A stretch of 64,000 nt of DNA, from positions 18,538,001 through 18,602,000 of the forward strand of contig CM060734.1 in the NCBI GenBank assembly GCA_030704615.1, given 5' to 3'. This document shows positions 11,791 to 23,019 of this stretch, in pieces. Source of the stretch: Takakia lepidozioides. Its lineage: Eukaryota > Plantae > Bryophyta. The stretch's first letter is position 1, and each line of letters begins with the position of its first letter. A program made the translations under genes and the position numbers. Under the pieces are notes generated by a model that saw only the letters and a list, made by a program, of their open reading frames with translations, searched no databases and had not been told where the DNA came from.

Positions 11791-12071
11791 CACTAACACT
11801 CCAGGGCACATTTAAATCTCCCCCCTACAGGAACCTGCACGGATGAAGATTGGCTGCTCCATGAATGTAGCCGTTTCAGTTTCCTTCCGTGCCATGCAAA
11901 CTATGGGCAGTAAGTGCTAGGTGGGCCCTATAGCCACTCGAGACGACGAAGTCCATCCCCCCTTCGATGTAAATGCGGCGCCAAATTTCCATCCGGGGGA
12001 TGGACTTCGGTGGCAGATTACAAACTATTCCCTGTGGATGAGAAAGAGGTATCGATTCATCCACCGCGGGC

Positions 12072-12809
12072 GTGATGAACACGTTATACGATGATTGGTG
12101 GGTACGTGGGACCCAAATGCTCCATTATTGGAGCCCGCACTGCTCTTCCGCTTCTCATCATTTCGAAAAATCAAAGGGCTTCGTTGCTGTCTGCAAGATC
12201 ATTGTCATCGGCATCAAAGACGTCCTCAGGACCTCCTTTGCAAGGATGCCGTGCTTCCGGAACCGGGACGATTGCCCTTATGGAGGCTTCGATTATGCAA
12301 TGTACTCGGCCACATCGGGAGACATCGTTATCTGGCACACAGTTTACACAGAAGATACTGGGGCGAATGTGGAAACATTGTCCGCTTTTGAGTATATCCC
12401 AGGCCACTATGCCTTCGAGCGGGGTGACAATCTTGGTCTGAGGAGTCCGTGGCTCCGGCGCATCCTTGATTCCGATTTTCCCAACTACGACGGGCACCCA
12501 TGCAGAAGAATGCGCACTGCTATACTGTTGCGGTGGAACTGCAGCCAGTGGACGTGGGTGGACTCCATCGGAGAGACGTATACTCCTGAAGGAGTGCGCT
12601 CCTCTTCTCCATTGTATGGGGACATTTGCATTGGTGTGGACGACGAAAACGTGAAGCTTTCCATATTCGATGGTGGTATGATTGAAGGGCACGACATTGT
12701 GGTGAACATCAACAGGGGCGGTACAACGGCTGTAATCCAGTTTACTTGGAGGAGCCCGATGACTCATGAGTTAGTTTTCAGAGCAGTCGAAGTCCCATTG
12801 ACAACGTGA
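12072..12809 (+). CDS. Unknown 245-aa protein carried by the MULE
   Basis: Open ORF. Amino-acid-level conservation with the diverged inverted paralog supports coding status. The start codon is uncertain. Confidence 0.6.
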   Translation: MMNTLYDDWWVRGTQMLHYWSPHCSSASHHFEKSKGFVAVCKIIVIGIKDVLRTSFARMPCFRNRDDCPYGGFDYAMYSATSGDIVIWHTVYTEDTGANVETLSAFEYIPGHYAFERGDNLGLRSPWLRRILDSDFPNYDGHPCRRMRTAILLRWNCSQWTWVDSIGETYTPEGVRSSSPLYGDICIGVDDENVKLSIFDGGMIEGHDIVVNINRGGTTAVIQFTWRSPMTHELVFRAVEVPLTT

Positions 12810-14269
12810 CTTGTATTCAGAAGGCACAGGGCTAAAGATTTGTTTGCACCATCAGCACAGTAGACGTGCTGCAAATGCAATTCATGTGGATCAATAAAAA
12901 TCCCATTGTGCCCTTTTTTTTGTTCTATTCTGTATCCATCGTTCCCAGAATGCATCATTCCTCATTTCGTTTGGGATTGGGAGTGGGGGTGGATTTTGCA
13001 AGTGGCTGGTAGGCTGAAATGGGCCCCCATTGTACAGAGCAGTACCACCCTACCATTCGCGAAACATTGCCTTTCAATATGTAATTCTAAAAAACATTGC
13101 CGAACCTCCTTCATCGGGAGGTCCTTCTCCCCCTATGACTGTGACACCCTCAACCCTATTCCCGCGGACACTCATTTCCGGAAAATAGTCCTGCTCATGT
13201 TTTTTTCGACACTTACGACTCTGTTCATGGCTCATGCCGCTCATGGCTCATGGCTCATGAAATAGCAGCCCCCGTTAATCTCTGTGACAATGTAGGCACT
13301 CGATAAGGTATTGCTTGAGGTATGTCTGTTTCAATTGTGTTGAAATGCCTGCTTATCTAGTATTTTGATTGACTTCCATAAACTCGACTTGATTTTTTCT
13401 ATAAACTTGCCATAGAATCTCAACACCACCCAAATTGGTTCTTTGTACTTCACGATCACATATCAGAGCCCACTTTGACAAAGTGAATAAGATTATTATA
13501 CCCCTTGCTTTTTCTTGATAGATGAGCTATTGATGAATAAATTAGAAGAAACCACGACTTCGCTATTGTATGATTTTGTTCATCGTGTTGGATTCGCGAA
13601 CAAAAGGCGCAGCAGAAAAATATATATTTCTCTTATTTGTTTCTTAAATCACTAAAAAAAATAGGCTGCGCCCTGCGGCCTGGTTCATTCTACAAGCTCG
13701 GATCAGTCTCGATTCTAATCGAAGCTTCTTAAAGGCTTAGCCCGTTCTCTGATTGCACTTATAATAATAAAATAAAGCAATGCATTCTTCTCACGCCATC
13801 GTCTTGTCGATGCCTAAAGACAAGGAGCCTTTCTTCGCTGTAAAGTAAACCTGCGACCATATATATATATACATATAGGCGGCATAAATTATATTTGAGA
13901 TATCATGCACGATTGGAGTTGGTGGACAAGATGGACCCTATGTGGAGGAGTTCTAAGGTCAAACGACATTGTTGGGATTACATTAGATTAGCAGCAAGGT
14001 AACACATCAAACTTAAAGGGGGTCGATTTGGCTTTGGAAGATTGCTTCTTCGAAGAGAGCAGAGACACAACAGCAGTTTTGTAGTTGACCTCACTGTAGA
14101 GTTAGACTGTAACATCTAAAAGATCTCATCTTTTTGTCTGGTCTCGGGACCACACCCCCTGCCCTTATCTCGACTCCAAGATTATACACTCTCAGAAGGA
14201 AGGCCCAATGTGCTGATTGGCCAACAAAAATTGGCTGACATGTGTTAACCAACTTTTGAATAGGATTTT

Positions 14270-14880
14270 CATTGACTTGGTTTGTTTGAACATTTGCAAA
14301 AGTTTCTTCAAGATAAGTGCATGGCAGGGTTTTTTGCGATTGAAATAGGTGGGAGCCTATCTCATTTTCATTAGGTTGTTAGCAACAAGTGTTATATAGG
14401 CAAACAAACTGATCAAATCCTATCTGGGTTGGGACAACTGTCCGCCACTTGGCCACACAATTATGTGCGAAATACTCAGACAATATCGCTTACGAACTAA
14501 GAAATGAATGTTAGGTTATTGTTTGAAAGATTCTAGTCAATCTCATTTTCAATTCTTCTGGGAAAATGTGATTACGGAAGAAATGGAAGAGAGAAACGAG
14601 CTGTATGCTTTATGTAGTAGTGCAGAGCTTAAGAGTGATTGCGTTTGTCTTACACCAACAAATGTTTTTGAAAGAACGTTCATTTATCATATACATGCAT
14701 GACCCTGAAAATGCCACACAAGGTTTTTTTATCGGATTTTACTATCTATGTTGAGATCCGATAAATTTTATGCATCTGGAGTTTCCTTGCGTAACAGAAT
14801 GGATAACAGAATGTGAATCGTTTTGGTGTTCTATGTTATTTCAAAATGATACAGGAATTGAAGAGGTGAGGTGAATATCT
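14270..14880 (+). pseudogene. HUH endonuclease remnant, Replitron-like transposon
   Basis: Translates ..CMAGFFAIEIGGSLSHFH*VV (HUH motif region), YLGWD, and MLGYCLKD..HF (YxxK catalytic Tyr motif). It contains stops and frameshifts. Confidence 0.6.
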
Positions 14881-14962
14881 TTATCCCGGTTCTCACCATC
14901 GACATACGACCATATCGTTACTCTAGTCCACCAGCAGAGAACCCTGGCAATTTTGATCTTAA

Positions 14963-15607
14963 CCCTTAAACGCTCAACAAACCCGAAAACGGGTCGCAGG
15001 GCCCACTTAAACCTAAATTCCGTTTTCAGATCTACATCAAATCGTATGAAATTAGTGCCATCAAGTGGCCCCTGTCGTGCACTACTAGGATTGGGCACTT
15101 GATTGCCCTAATTTCGAGTTAAAGCAAAGTTGTCTCATCACGCAATCAAGGGGGTCAGGAATTGATGAAGGTGATTATGTCTTTTCCATGTGAAGCTTTC
15201 TTCCCACCTGTGTGAGAGAGAGTTATAATTAAAGGATCTCACCAGGTTTGACCAAGTGGCAGCACTAGATGCGTTGGCCAAATTGGATAGTGTTTGGCTT
15301 GTTTGATGAAGGATCCCAAGAGGATGAAGCCTGCCAAATCTGGTCTCAAATGGAGTTGATCCCGTCACTCAAATCTTTAAAAAATTACTCCCATGGGCCC
15401 CAATAATGGGTCCCACATTCAACGGTGCCGTTTTCTGGATCTGGGGCTGATTGCCCTGGAAATTGGCAAGTGGGTGCAAGAGGAAGATACGCACATAACA
15501 TACGGTCAATTTAATAAAATATCAAATTTATAAAAGTTACACCATTTTTTCACTGCGGGGGTCTTTTTTTTTGAAAAAGTCCAACTAGGGCTCTGAGCGT
15601 TTAGGGG
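14963..15607. mobile_element. Non-autonomous piggyBac-like MITE
   Basis: TTAA at 14959-14962 and 15608-15611. TIRs CCCTTAAACGCTCA / CCCCTAAACGCTCA match at 13 of 14 positions. No ORF. Confidence 0.75.
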
Positions 15608-15837
15608 TTAATGTCGAACATACATTGTTGATGATGTTGTCAACCAGCATGATTATATTCCATTAACTTTTGGACCTTTGCAGCCCGATGTATCTATTCT
15701 GTAATTCTTATTTTTTGATACTTATGTTTGCTTGCTGCACTTCAGTCAGTCGACACAATATATCTTCGCACCGGATTTTTATGAAATTGAAGAGAATAAG
15801 AGCCTACAATGATCCCATAGGTTTGACCAATAATTTT

Positions 15838-16140
15838 GAAAAGAAATGGAAGAGAGAAAGGAGCTGTATGCTTTATGTAGTAGTGTAGAGCTTAAGAGTG
15901 ATTGTTGTCTGGCATTTTCTAGGTCATGCATGTATATGATAAATGAACGCTCTTTCAAAAACATTTGGTGTGTAAGACAAGGTTTTTTTATTGGATTTTA
16001 CTATCTATGTTGAGATCCGATAAATTTTATGCATATGGAGTTTCTTTGCGTAACAGAATGGATAACAGAATGTGAATCGATTTGGTGTTTTATGTTATTT
16101 CAGAAAGGATACACGAATTGAAGAGGTGAGGTGAATATTG
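15838..16140 (+). repeat. Second, rearranged copy of the 3' part of the HUH remnant (14575-14880)
   Basis: Near-identical blocks AAGAAATGGAAGAGAGAAA..GAGCTTAAGAGTGATTG and CAAGGTTTTTT..GAGGTGAGGTGAATAT. Confidence 0.85.
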
Positions 16141-18369
16141 AAAAAATTATGAGATTTTGTCCAATCTAAGTGATATTGACGGCAATAGATGGTTATGTCC
16201 AGGGTCTCCCAATGCAAAATCAGGAAAAGTAGCTCTGATCCCCATACCCAATCTTGGAAAAACATAGATTAAATTTAAAAATCTATGCAAAAAGACTGCC
16301 CGCACTCAATGGTAGAGATTCTACATATCTTCTTGGATTGGGTTGTATTTTCAACTATAAGTGTAGAGACGGCTTACAAAACAAGAGGCTGAGATGAAAA
16401 ATTAGGGAAACAAGATTATGGAGGGAGAGAGCACGGGGCTCCGCGTTTCCCGTTGAGAGGGTGCGGGACTTAGCCGCGTGCTCAGTCTCCCCTCCACTAC
16501 GATGGATGCCAAGCCCATCCGGACTTCTTCTTCATTACCTCTCCCCGTCTTTCCTCCCTCTTAGCTCTTCCCTTAGCGACTCTATCTACCCCCTTTCATC
16601 TCACGTCGCTATCGAGGCGTGCTTCATCGGCTTCGGGATCCTCCTCATATCGAGCTTCCCCCGCTCTTTTTTGGAACACCGGATGGCATGGCCCTCTCCT
16701 ATACCCTGCATGGTTACTCTTTGCGGCAGTATTGATTTCACGCCGTCTTTGGCTTCATGATTGCCAGGCGCTCTCTACACTTTGGTCCCCTCACTTCTGC
16801 TGCATTGCATGGCTAGCGGCGTCGCTCAAACCTCATCCCTCCTCCCCTCACCTGGTTTTTCTCACTTATTCTTTTGCTCTGGTTCCATCCCTGCTCTCCT
16901 TGTGTTGAGCCCTCGCTGCCCTTGCTGCTTCCTGCTTTTCTCTCTGCTATCTCCCGCTTTCTCGCTACGCTCAAGATGGCATCTTTTGTGTCGGCGGCCC
17001 CGGCCATTCCCCCCTACAAGAATAACAACATGAGGAACCACCGCGACCGCGATCGTTGTGATCACAGAGAATACAGGGTGAGAGACAGCCACCAGGAATA
17101 TCGCCCTAGACAGCGCGCAACCTACAAAAGAGGTAACTCGACGGATACTGGAGTCCTCGGTGCGGGCCCGTCTCAGGCCCTTTCTTCAGATCCCATCTTG
17201 GTCTGGAGCGAAGAAACGGTCAGGAGGATGAATCCCAGGAGGTTCTCAATCTGGATATGAACATTGTAAAGGATCACTCGCAACACCTATCGGAGCAAGG
17301 AGTCTGGTTTACTTCCCCGGAAGGGTTAGAGATCGTTTTTGGGCCCGTGGGTGGGCTTTTGAGCACTTTGGGTCGGACGGTGGGCTCACATCCCACTTCT
17401 GCATCCCCCTCGGTAGAGGCTTCTTTTCAATCGTCTTCTCTTTGGCCCTGTTCACCGAGAAGGCCCTTCAGTTCAATGTTAAGCGCTCCAAACACAGGGT
17501 TCATCTCTTCCCATGGTAATCCGAATGGGGGCATAAAGGTGGTAAAATGTTTAAACCCAGAGTTTTGGCCCTCCCCTACCTCCCCGGGAACTATCTCCGT
17601 TCCCTGCCTGAGATAGGGGCCTTCTTCGGAGCCTACATAGGATCCATGAATGTGGTGGATCATATCGAGTTGGGGGGATGCTAGTCCGTGAGTGCCTCAC
17701 GTGAGCGGGAAGATGCGTGAGCAAGAAGATGCCGATCCGTGAGCGGAAAGATGCTCACGCCAGAGGTTGTTGGGGCCCACATCCGCGGACGGTGATAAGC
17801 AGGGGACCTATTCCCGTGGGAACGAGCGAAAATGTAATGCGTACCTGGATGTGCAGTTGGATGAACGATGGATGAATGGTGGATGGATGAAAAATATTGG
17901 ATGGATGGTGGATGGATGAGAAATTTTTAATGGATGGTGGATGGATATTGGTTGGATGTTACATGCATGATGGCTGAGTGTGGGGCGAATGATGGATGAT
18001 ATATGCTGGAACACTGGATGAATGACGGAGTGACAAATTTGGAATGGTAGAATTTCGGACAGTTGATGGATGGACTTATGTTTTGGATGCATGAACAATA
18101 TACGTACGTATGTGTAAAGACTGGAAGTATTGTGGACCCACAGAGATTGTATGAATGGACTTGCAAGTGAAGAGGAAAATTTTTATGTCCAGAAAATGTC
18201 TTATGTAGACTATGTTTTGAAGGGAGGCACGCAGTTGAAGGAAGAGAAGCAATCTCCTCACAGTGGATTCCCTAGATATTCTCAAACAGATGGAACCAAT
18301 CGGAAAATGTCTATGCACTGGAACTTGTGGTAGCACCGGACTCCGACGCACTAATGTCCATAAAGATCC

Positions 18370-19025
18370 TAGCCCTACTGTCCACATTTTCTACACGATT
18401 GAAGCAATCTAGAGGGGGAGAGTTGCAGAGAGTAAACTCCATAGCGGCAGCCTCCGCATAGCATGGCAACTGTAGGGGGGCATCTGGGCTCGGAAAAAAT
18501 TCCGGGTTAGCAAAGAAAGGGATGCTTCTCCTTGTTTCTGGTGTCCTGCAAAGATTCCCAAAGTTGCAAGCCCAGTAAGCAGAAAGACAGGACCGCGGTT
18601 GTGACAAAAACAAAGGTAAGAAAAAATGAAAAATCCGACATGTCATCCAAAACAAACCGGACTTACATACACTCAAAGTCGGAGTCCACGTCGAGGTCTT
18701 CATCTAGAAGTTCCCGTTCGTCGAAAACTGTTTCCTTGTGTGGGGCCGATGCCGAGCCGGAGGTGAGTTGTTTAATCTCGCATGAAAACAGCTCCGCATC
18801 CCCCTCCATGCCGAAGAAGTGTCTACCGGCGCTCTTATAGGCATGGAATGTTGCACCTGCAAATGCACAGAATGAATGGTTAAAAAACCAACCATCATTA
18901 AAAAATTCAAGATCATAGATACGGCAGAGCAGGAGACTTGGCAGGGCAAACCTGTTCCCAAAGACAAGTCCACCACCCGCCCCCCATGCCGGCTGCACTT
19001 TTGAAGTACAATAATAAATGGAAAG
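18370..19025 (-). pseudogene. C-terminal fragment (copy C) of the methyltransferase-like gene
   Basis: LQKCSRHGGRVVDLSLGTG|ATFHAYKSAGRHFFGMEGD (intron 18951-18857), then an acidic linker, a phase-2 intron, and TRRSIPFFANPEFFPSP..LPCYA. This matches ARKNVPFIVRTDFMKSP..LPSYA of copy B. Confidence 0.75.
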
Positions 19026-19032
19026 AATATTG

Positions 19033-20430
19033 TGTGCAAAATATGTCTCTGGAGGACATAGCGGATATGTCGTCTTGTAATCTATCCAAGACTGTGCATA
19101 GTGTGTGGAATGCGCAATCCGGCAAGAACGGACGGGACCTGTACGTTGCCACTTCGGATGACATGGTCCGAGCGCTTTCGCAACAAACACGGTATCGGGA
19201 TTTCCTTCGTGGACGCGGTTCTGGTAAGGGGCCAGACAGGGCGGAGTTGCAGTTGAGGGCTGCAAACAGATGCAAGAATCCTGTTAGAATGGCAAAGGTT
19301 GTAAACGAATGCACAGTGGGAACACCTTTGCAATCCACACATCCTCATCTGGAAGGTGAGGAGAGATTCGGTTCATGCAAGCGCAAACTGGACACCCCTC
19401 CGGGATCGGACGGTGATTCACATCGACATGATAGGGATAACTTTTCGGTGCCACGTGTGCTCGTGCCACCCACTTTCGTGCACGCAACATCCTTTGTGGG
19501 TGAATTTTCCTCGACAGAGTTCACGGAGTCGACAACTACAACTACACGGGAGGAAGGGGCGAACCTGCTGCCCATCCAGAAGTCTGATTGTGCAGACACG
19601 CTGTGGCACATAGAACGAACTCCACAAGGCTCAAAGGTGAAATGTTCCGCTATCAGGGCAACGTCCTTTGTGAAGTGCACATCTATGATTTGTAGAGCCC
19701 CAGCAGGGACTCCAGCCCCAACTTTCACAGGGTGTTCAAGCATTATAGTGCGCGGGAGGCCAGACCTCACAAGTTTTAGTTTTGTCCTGATGACATGAAA
19801 CGTTGCGTGATGGGAACTGTCCGTGATTCGGTGATAAGCAAACCTCAAATCCCAAATGTTTGGCCAGTTAAGATGGGAACTACACTATCTACACAAGAAA
19901 TTGACATGATGGAGGATGCAGGATTTCCGCTGCCAAGAGGACCTACTGTCATGACGGTTAATTCTTCGCATGATTTCCCTTCCCCATTTCCTGCGCGCCC
20001 TCCACTTGGAAACGACTAGCCTACGAAAAAAAACGGAAAGGTGGTCCGGCGGGTTGAGGCAGGTGCAGAGCACGAGTGCAAGATTGAATCAGCGAAAACC
20101 CTTCAGTGTCGGATCACCCACGTTGTCGATGTTCCCCCACCAGGCTACGGACGGGTGTATAGTATGGTGACGATGGGATCTGTTCTTCACAACAGGGCAT
20201 ACGAGGTAACAGTTTCCAATTTCCCAGATTGCACTTGTCCAGACTTCAAAAACACAATCTCCAGTTCTCTAGGAAAGAGAGGTAAATTTGTGCCATGCAA
20301 ACATTTGTACAACATGTACATTCAGAGGATGTTTTGTGATCCAAAAATAGACACATACATTCACCAATGTACGATAGGGCCTGCTGATGTTATGACACTA
20401 CTGGAGCGAGATAGTACTGCACGAGTTTGA
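19033..20430 (+). pseudogene. Mutator-like transposase C-terminal part with SWIM zinc finger
   Basis: SCNLSKTVH, HLEGEERFGSCKRKL and YEVTVSNFPDCTCPDF..PCKHLY. Colinear with 5300-6664. It has a frameshift near 19750 and a stop at ~20019. Confidence 0.8.
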
Positions 20431-22861
20431 GATGTTCTCGAGCATGACCTTGCAAAGCCTGGGATGGTTTTCTGTGACGTCCGGTGACAGATGACAAAGT
20501 CGCGCCTTTGTATGGAAAAAGCTTCAAGCTGTTTGATGGCAGCACTTTCCTAACTCAGAAGCCATCTCCTACCCCACGTCATGATCAAATGAATGACAAT
20601 GCTTTGTACACTTTCTACACTTTGTACACTTTCCAATTTTGACCGTGCTTTCAGAATATACCCCAGTCTTACATGGACCTTCACTACTGGCATTGTTTAT
20701 ACGACATGTATACTGTTTCGAACAAAAGGTACGTGAACATCGAACATCGTTCGAGTTCGTTCAACCCAGATGTCATTGGTCTTATCCATTGTATATTCAT
20801 CCGTATTTTGACGTCCCTCATTCATCCTACATTCATCCCATATCCATCCAATATTCATCCAATATTCATCCAACATTCATCCATTCCACAAACCCATTCA
20901 TCCGTACGGATTTCGTCTCGCACTACTCTCAAATTTCCATTCATGTCTTGCGTATGTTGCCCCCCTAAACCATAAACGTCATCCCCACAGCAATAGGTTA
21001 TGCTTTTCCCATGGCTATAGGCTCCGCTTTCATTCTATGCTCACGCTTAAGAAATGTGCTCACACTTAGGTGCTCACGCTTAACGAAGTCTGCTCACGCT
21101 TAGTCCGCTAAGCGTGAGCGCGCTCACGCGTTAGCTTCCCTCATCGAGTTGGATCCCCGGAGCATCGACAACGAGGTGTTCTACGCCGACACACACAAGG
21201 ATGGAGGGGTCCCTCAAATTGTTGTCCTGATGCCAGATTCGGCCCCTATCTGCCCTTTCATTAAGCTCCCGACGTTAGACAAGTCCTTTGTTTCTGTGCT
21301 GGTCAAGGAATTTATCTGATCGAATTGATCTTTGGAACCTATTGCATGATAAAATTCTCTCCTTACCTGCTGTGCAACACTGGGTGCTTGCTGGCGATTT
21401 CAACATGATTCCTCACAGGATCGCCTCGGATCTATGGTCCAGGCCCTCTCTCCCGACGAACAGGCAGCCTGGGACTCCTGTTGTTTCTCAGTTGGTTTTT
21501 CTGACATTCGAAAAAAAGATAGTTCTTCATTGCGTTTCACCTGGACCAACAATAGGGCTCCCCAAAACCATAGTATGGCAAGACTTGACAGGATATACTG
21601 CACTGCTTTGGCCTGTTCATGGGCCAGACCAGCTATGCAGCTCCCCATCCTCCCAGATTTCGATCATGCGCAGGTGACTGCCACTTTCTTTCCTCCTGGT
21701 ATGCACGCCAAGGGTAGAGGCTATTTTAAATTCAACCCTGCCTTGCTTTTGTTTCCCCCAAATGTAGCCAAGATGGCCTCAACTTGGACTGCCACTGGTT
21801 CTTCCTCCCTATCCCCGGCGATCAATTATATGCAGAAGTTGGAGCACGTTAGAAAGACTGCTCAAGCCATCGCTATTGAAGTGGCCCGTGCAAGATCTGC
21901 CAAGGAAAAGACTTTAACAAAATGCATTTCGCATTGTCAATGGCTCATTGAACGCGATCTTGTGGGTCCAAATACGTTCGATGCTCTGTTACTGGCCAAA
22001 TGAAATCTGGCGGCTCTCAATAATCACAAGGAGAATTAGCTTAAGGCCAAAGCCGGAGTCAACTGGTCGCTTAAAGGAGAAAAAATGTCTGCATATTTTT
22101 TTCCAGAAGATGAAACAGAGACAAGCAAAAACCTCGATCCCTTTTTTCACTTCGGAGGATGGAACGATTGTCTCCAAACCAAAACATATGGCTGGGTTTG
22201 CTGCACAGTATTTTGGAAACCTTTTTGGTCCTCGCTCGGATGATAGCTTGACAGCCAGGGAATCGGTGCTTGCCTCCGTCCCTAGGATTCTTACTGATGC
22301 TGATCAAGCTGCGCTCAACGCTCTCTTCTCCTTGGAATCGCTCAACTCCAATAAAGCCCCGGGCCTAGATGGTCTACCCGTAGAGGTTTTCAAGTCTATT
22401 TGGGGGAGCATTGAAGTCGATTTTCTATCTATGACTGAAGACGTCCTTCGTAAAGGTTCCCTACCACCCGAGCTCTCCCAGGGAATCATAACGATTATAC
22501 ATAAGAAGGGGGAGAGAGATAACCTAAGGAACTATAGGCCTATCACATTGTTGAATTCCTCTTATAAGATCATTGCGAAATGCTTGGCCCTCAGGTTGCA
22601 GCTTTTACTGGACAGGCTCATTCGCCCGGAGCAATCTGGGTTTCTCAAAACAAGTTGATTTTAGATAATATCCTTTTGGCTCATGAGGCCCTTTTCCATG
22701 CTCAGGCCTCTAACCAGCCCCTAGCTCGCCTCATGCTTGACTTTGAGAAGGCTTTCGATAATGTGGATTGGCCCTTTCTTCTCGGTGCTCTACAAAAATC
22801 TGGAATTAATGGCCAATTCCTTAGCTGGATTAAGATCTTACTTTTCTCTGCCTCAAGCAAA

Positions 22862-23019
22862 AAAAAAAAAAAAAAAAGGTGGACGCGTTGCCGAAGCAAC
22901 CGTAACTTATGGTGTCACTTGACCCAGAAGGGCTACTGCCTTCCGGTAGGAAGGTGGACACCTTTGTAACAACCAACAGGCTGGTTTGAACCCACAACCA
23001 CTTGTAAGAGGGTATATGC
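22862..23019 (-). mobile_element. Short SINE-like insertion with a poly-T 3' tail inside the LINE RT
   Basis: 14-bp TSD CTGCCTCAAGCAAA (22848-22861 and 23020-23033). B-box GGTTCAAACC on the minus strand. The 3' end resembles 53630-53714. Confidence 0.8.

Larger units (their letters stand above)
7095..13273. mobile_element. Right arm of a large Mutator-like element carrying the MTase-like gene, the palindrome array and two unknown ORFs
   Basis: Ends GCTCATG repeats + AAATAGCAGCCCCC at 13273. The reverse complement, GGGGGCTGCTA, matches the TIR GGGGGATGCTA of the 17673 element. The left end is not in the window; the predicted TSD is GTTAATCTC. Confidence 0.65.
17673..21142. mobile_element. Mutator-like element, internally deleted, with TIRs and a 9-bp TSD
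   Basis: TSD ATCGAGTTG at 17664-17672 and 21143-21151. TIRs GGGGGATGCTAGTCCGTGAG / GAGGGAAGCTAACGCGTGAG. Inverted GGATGAAT / ATTCATCC subterminal tracts. Removing the element restores an open frame (MNVVDHIELDPRSIDNEVF..) in the LINE. Confidence 0.9.
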
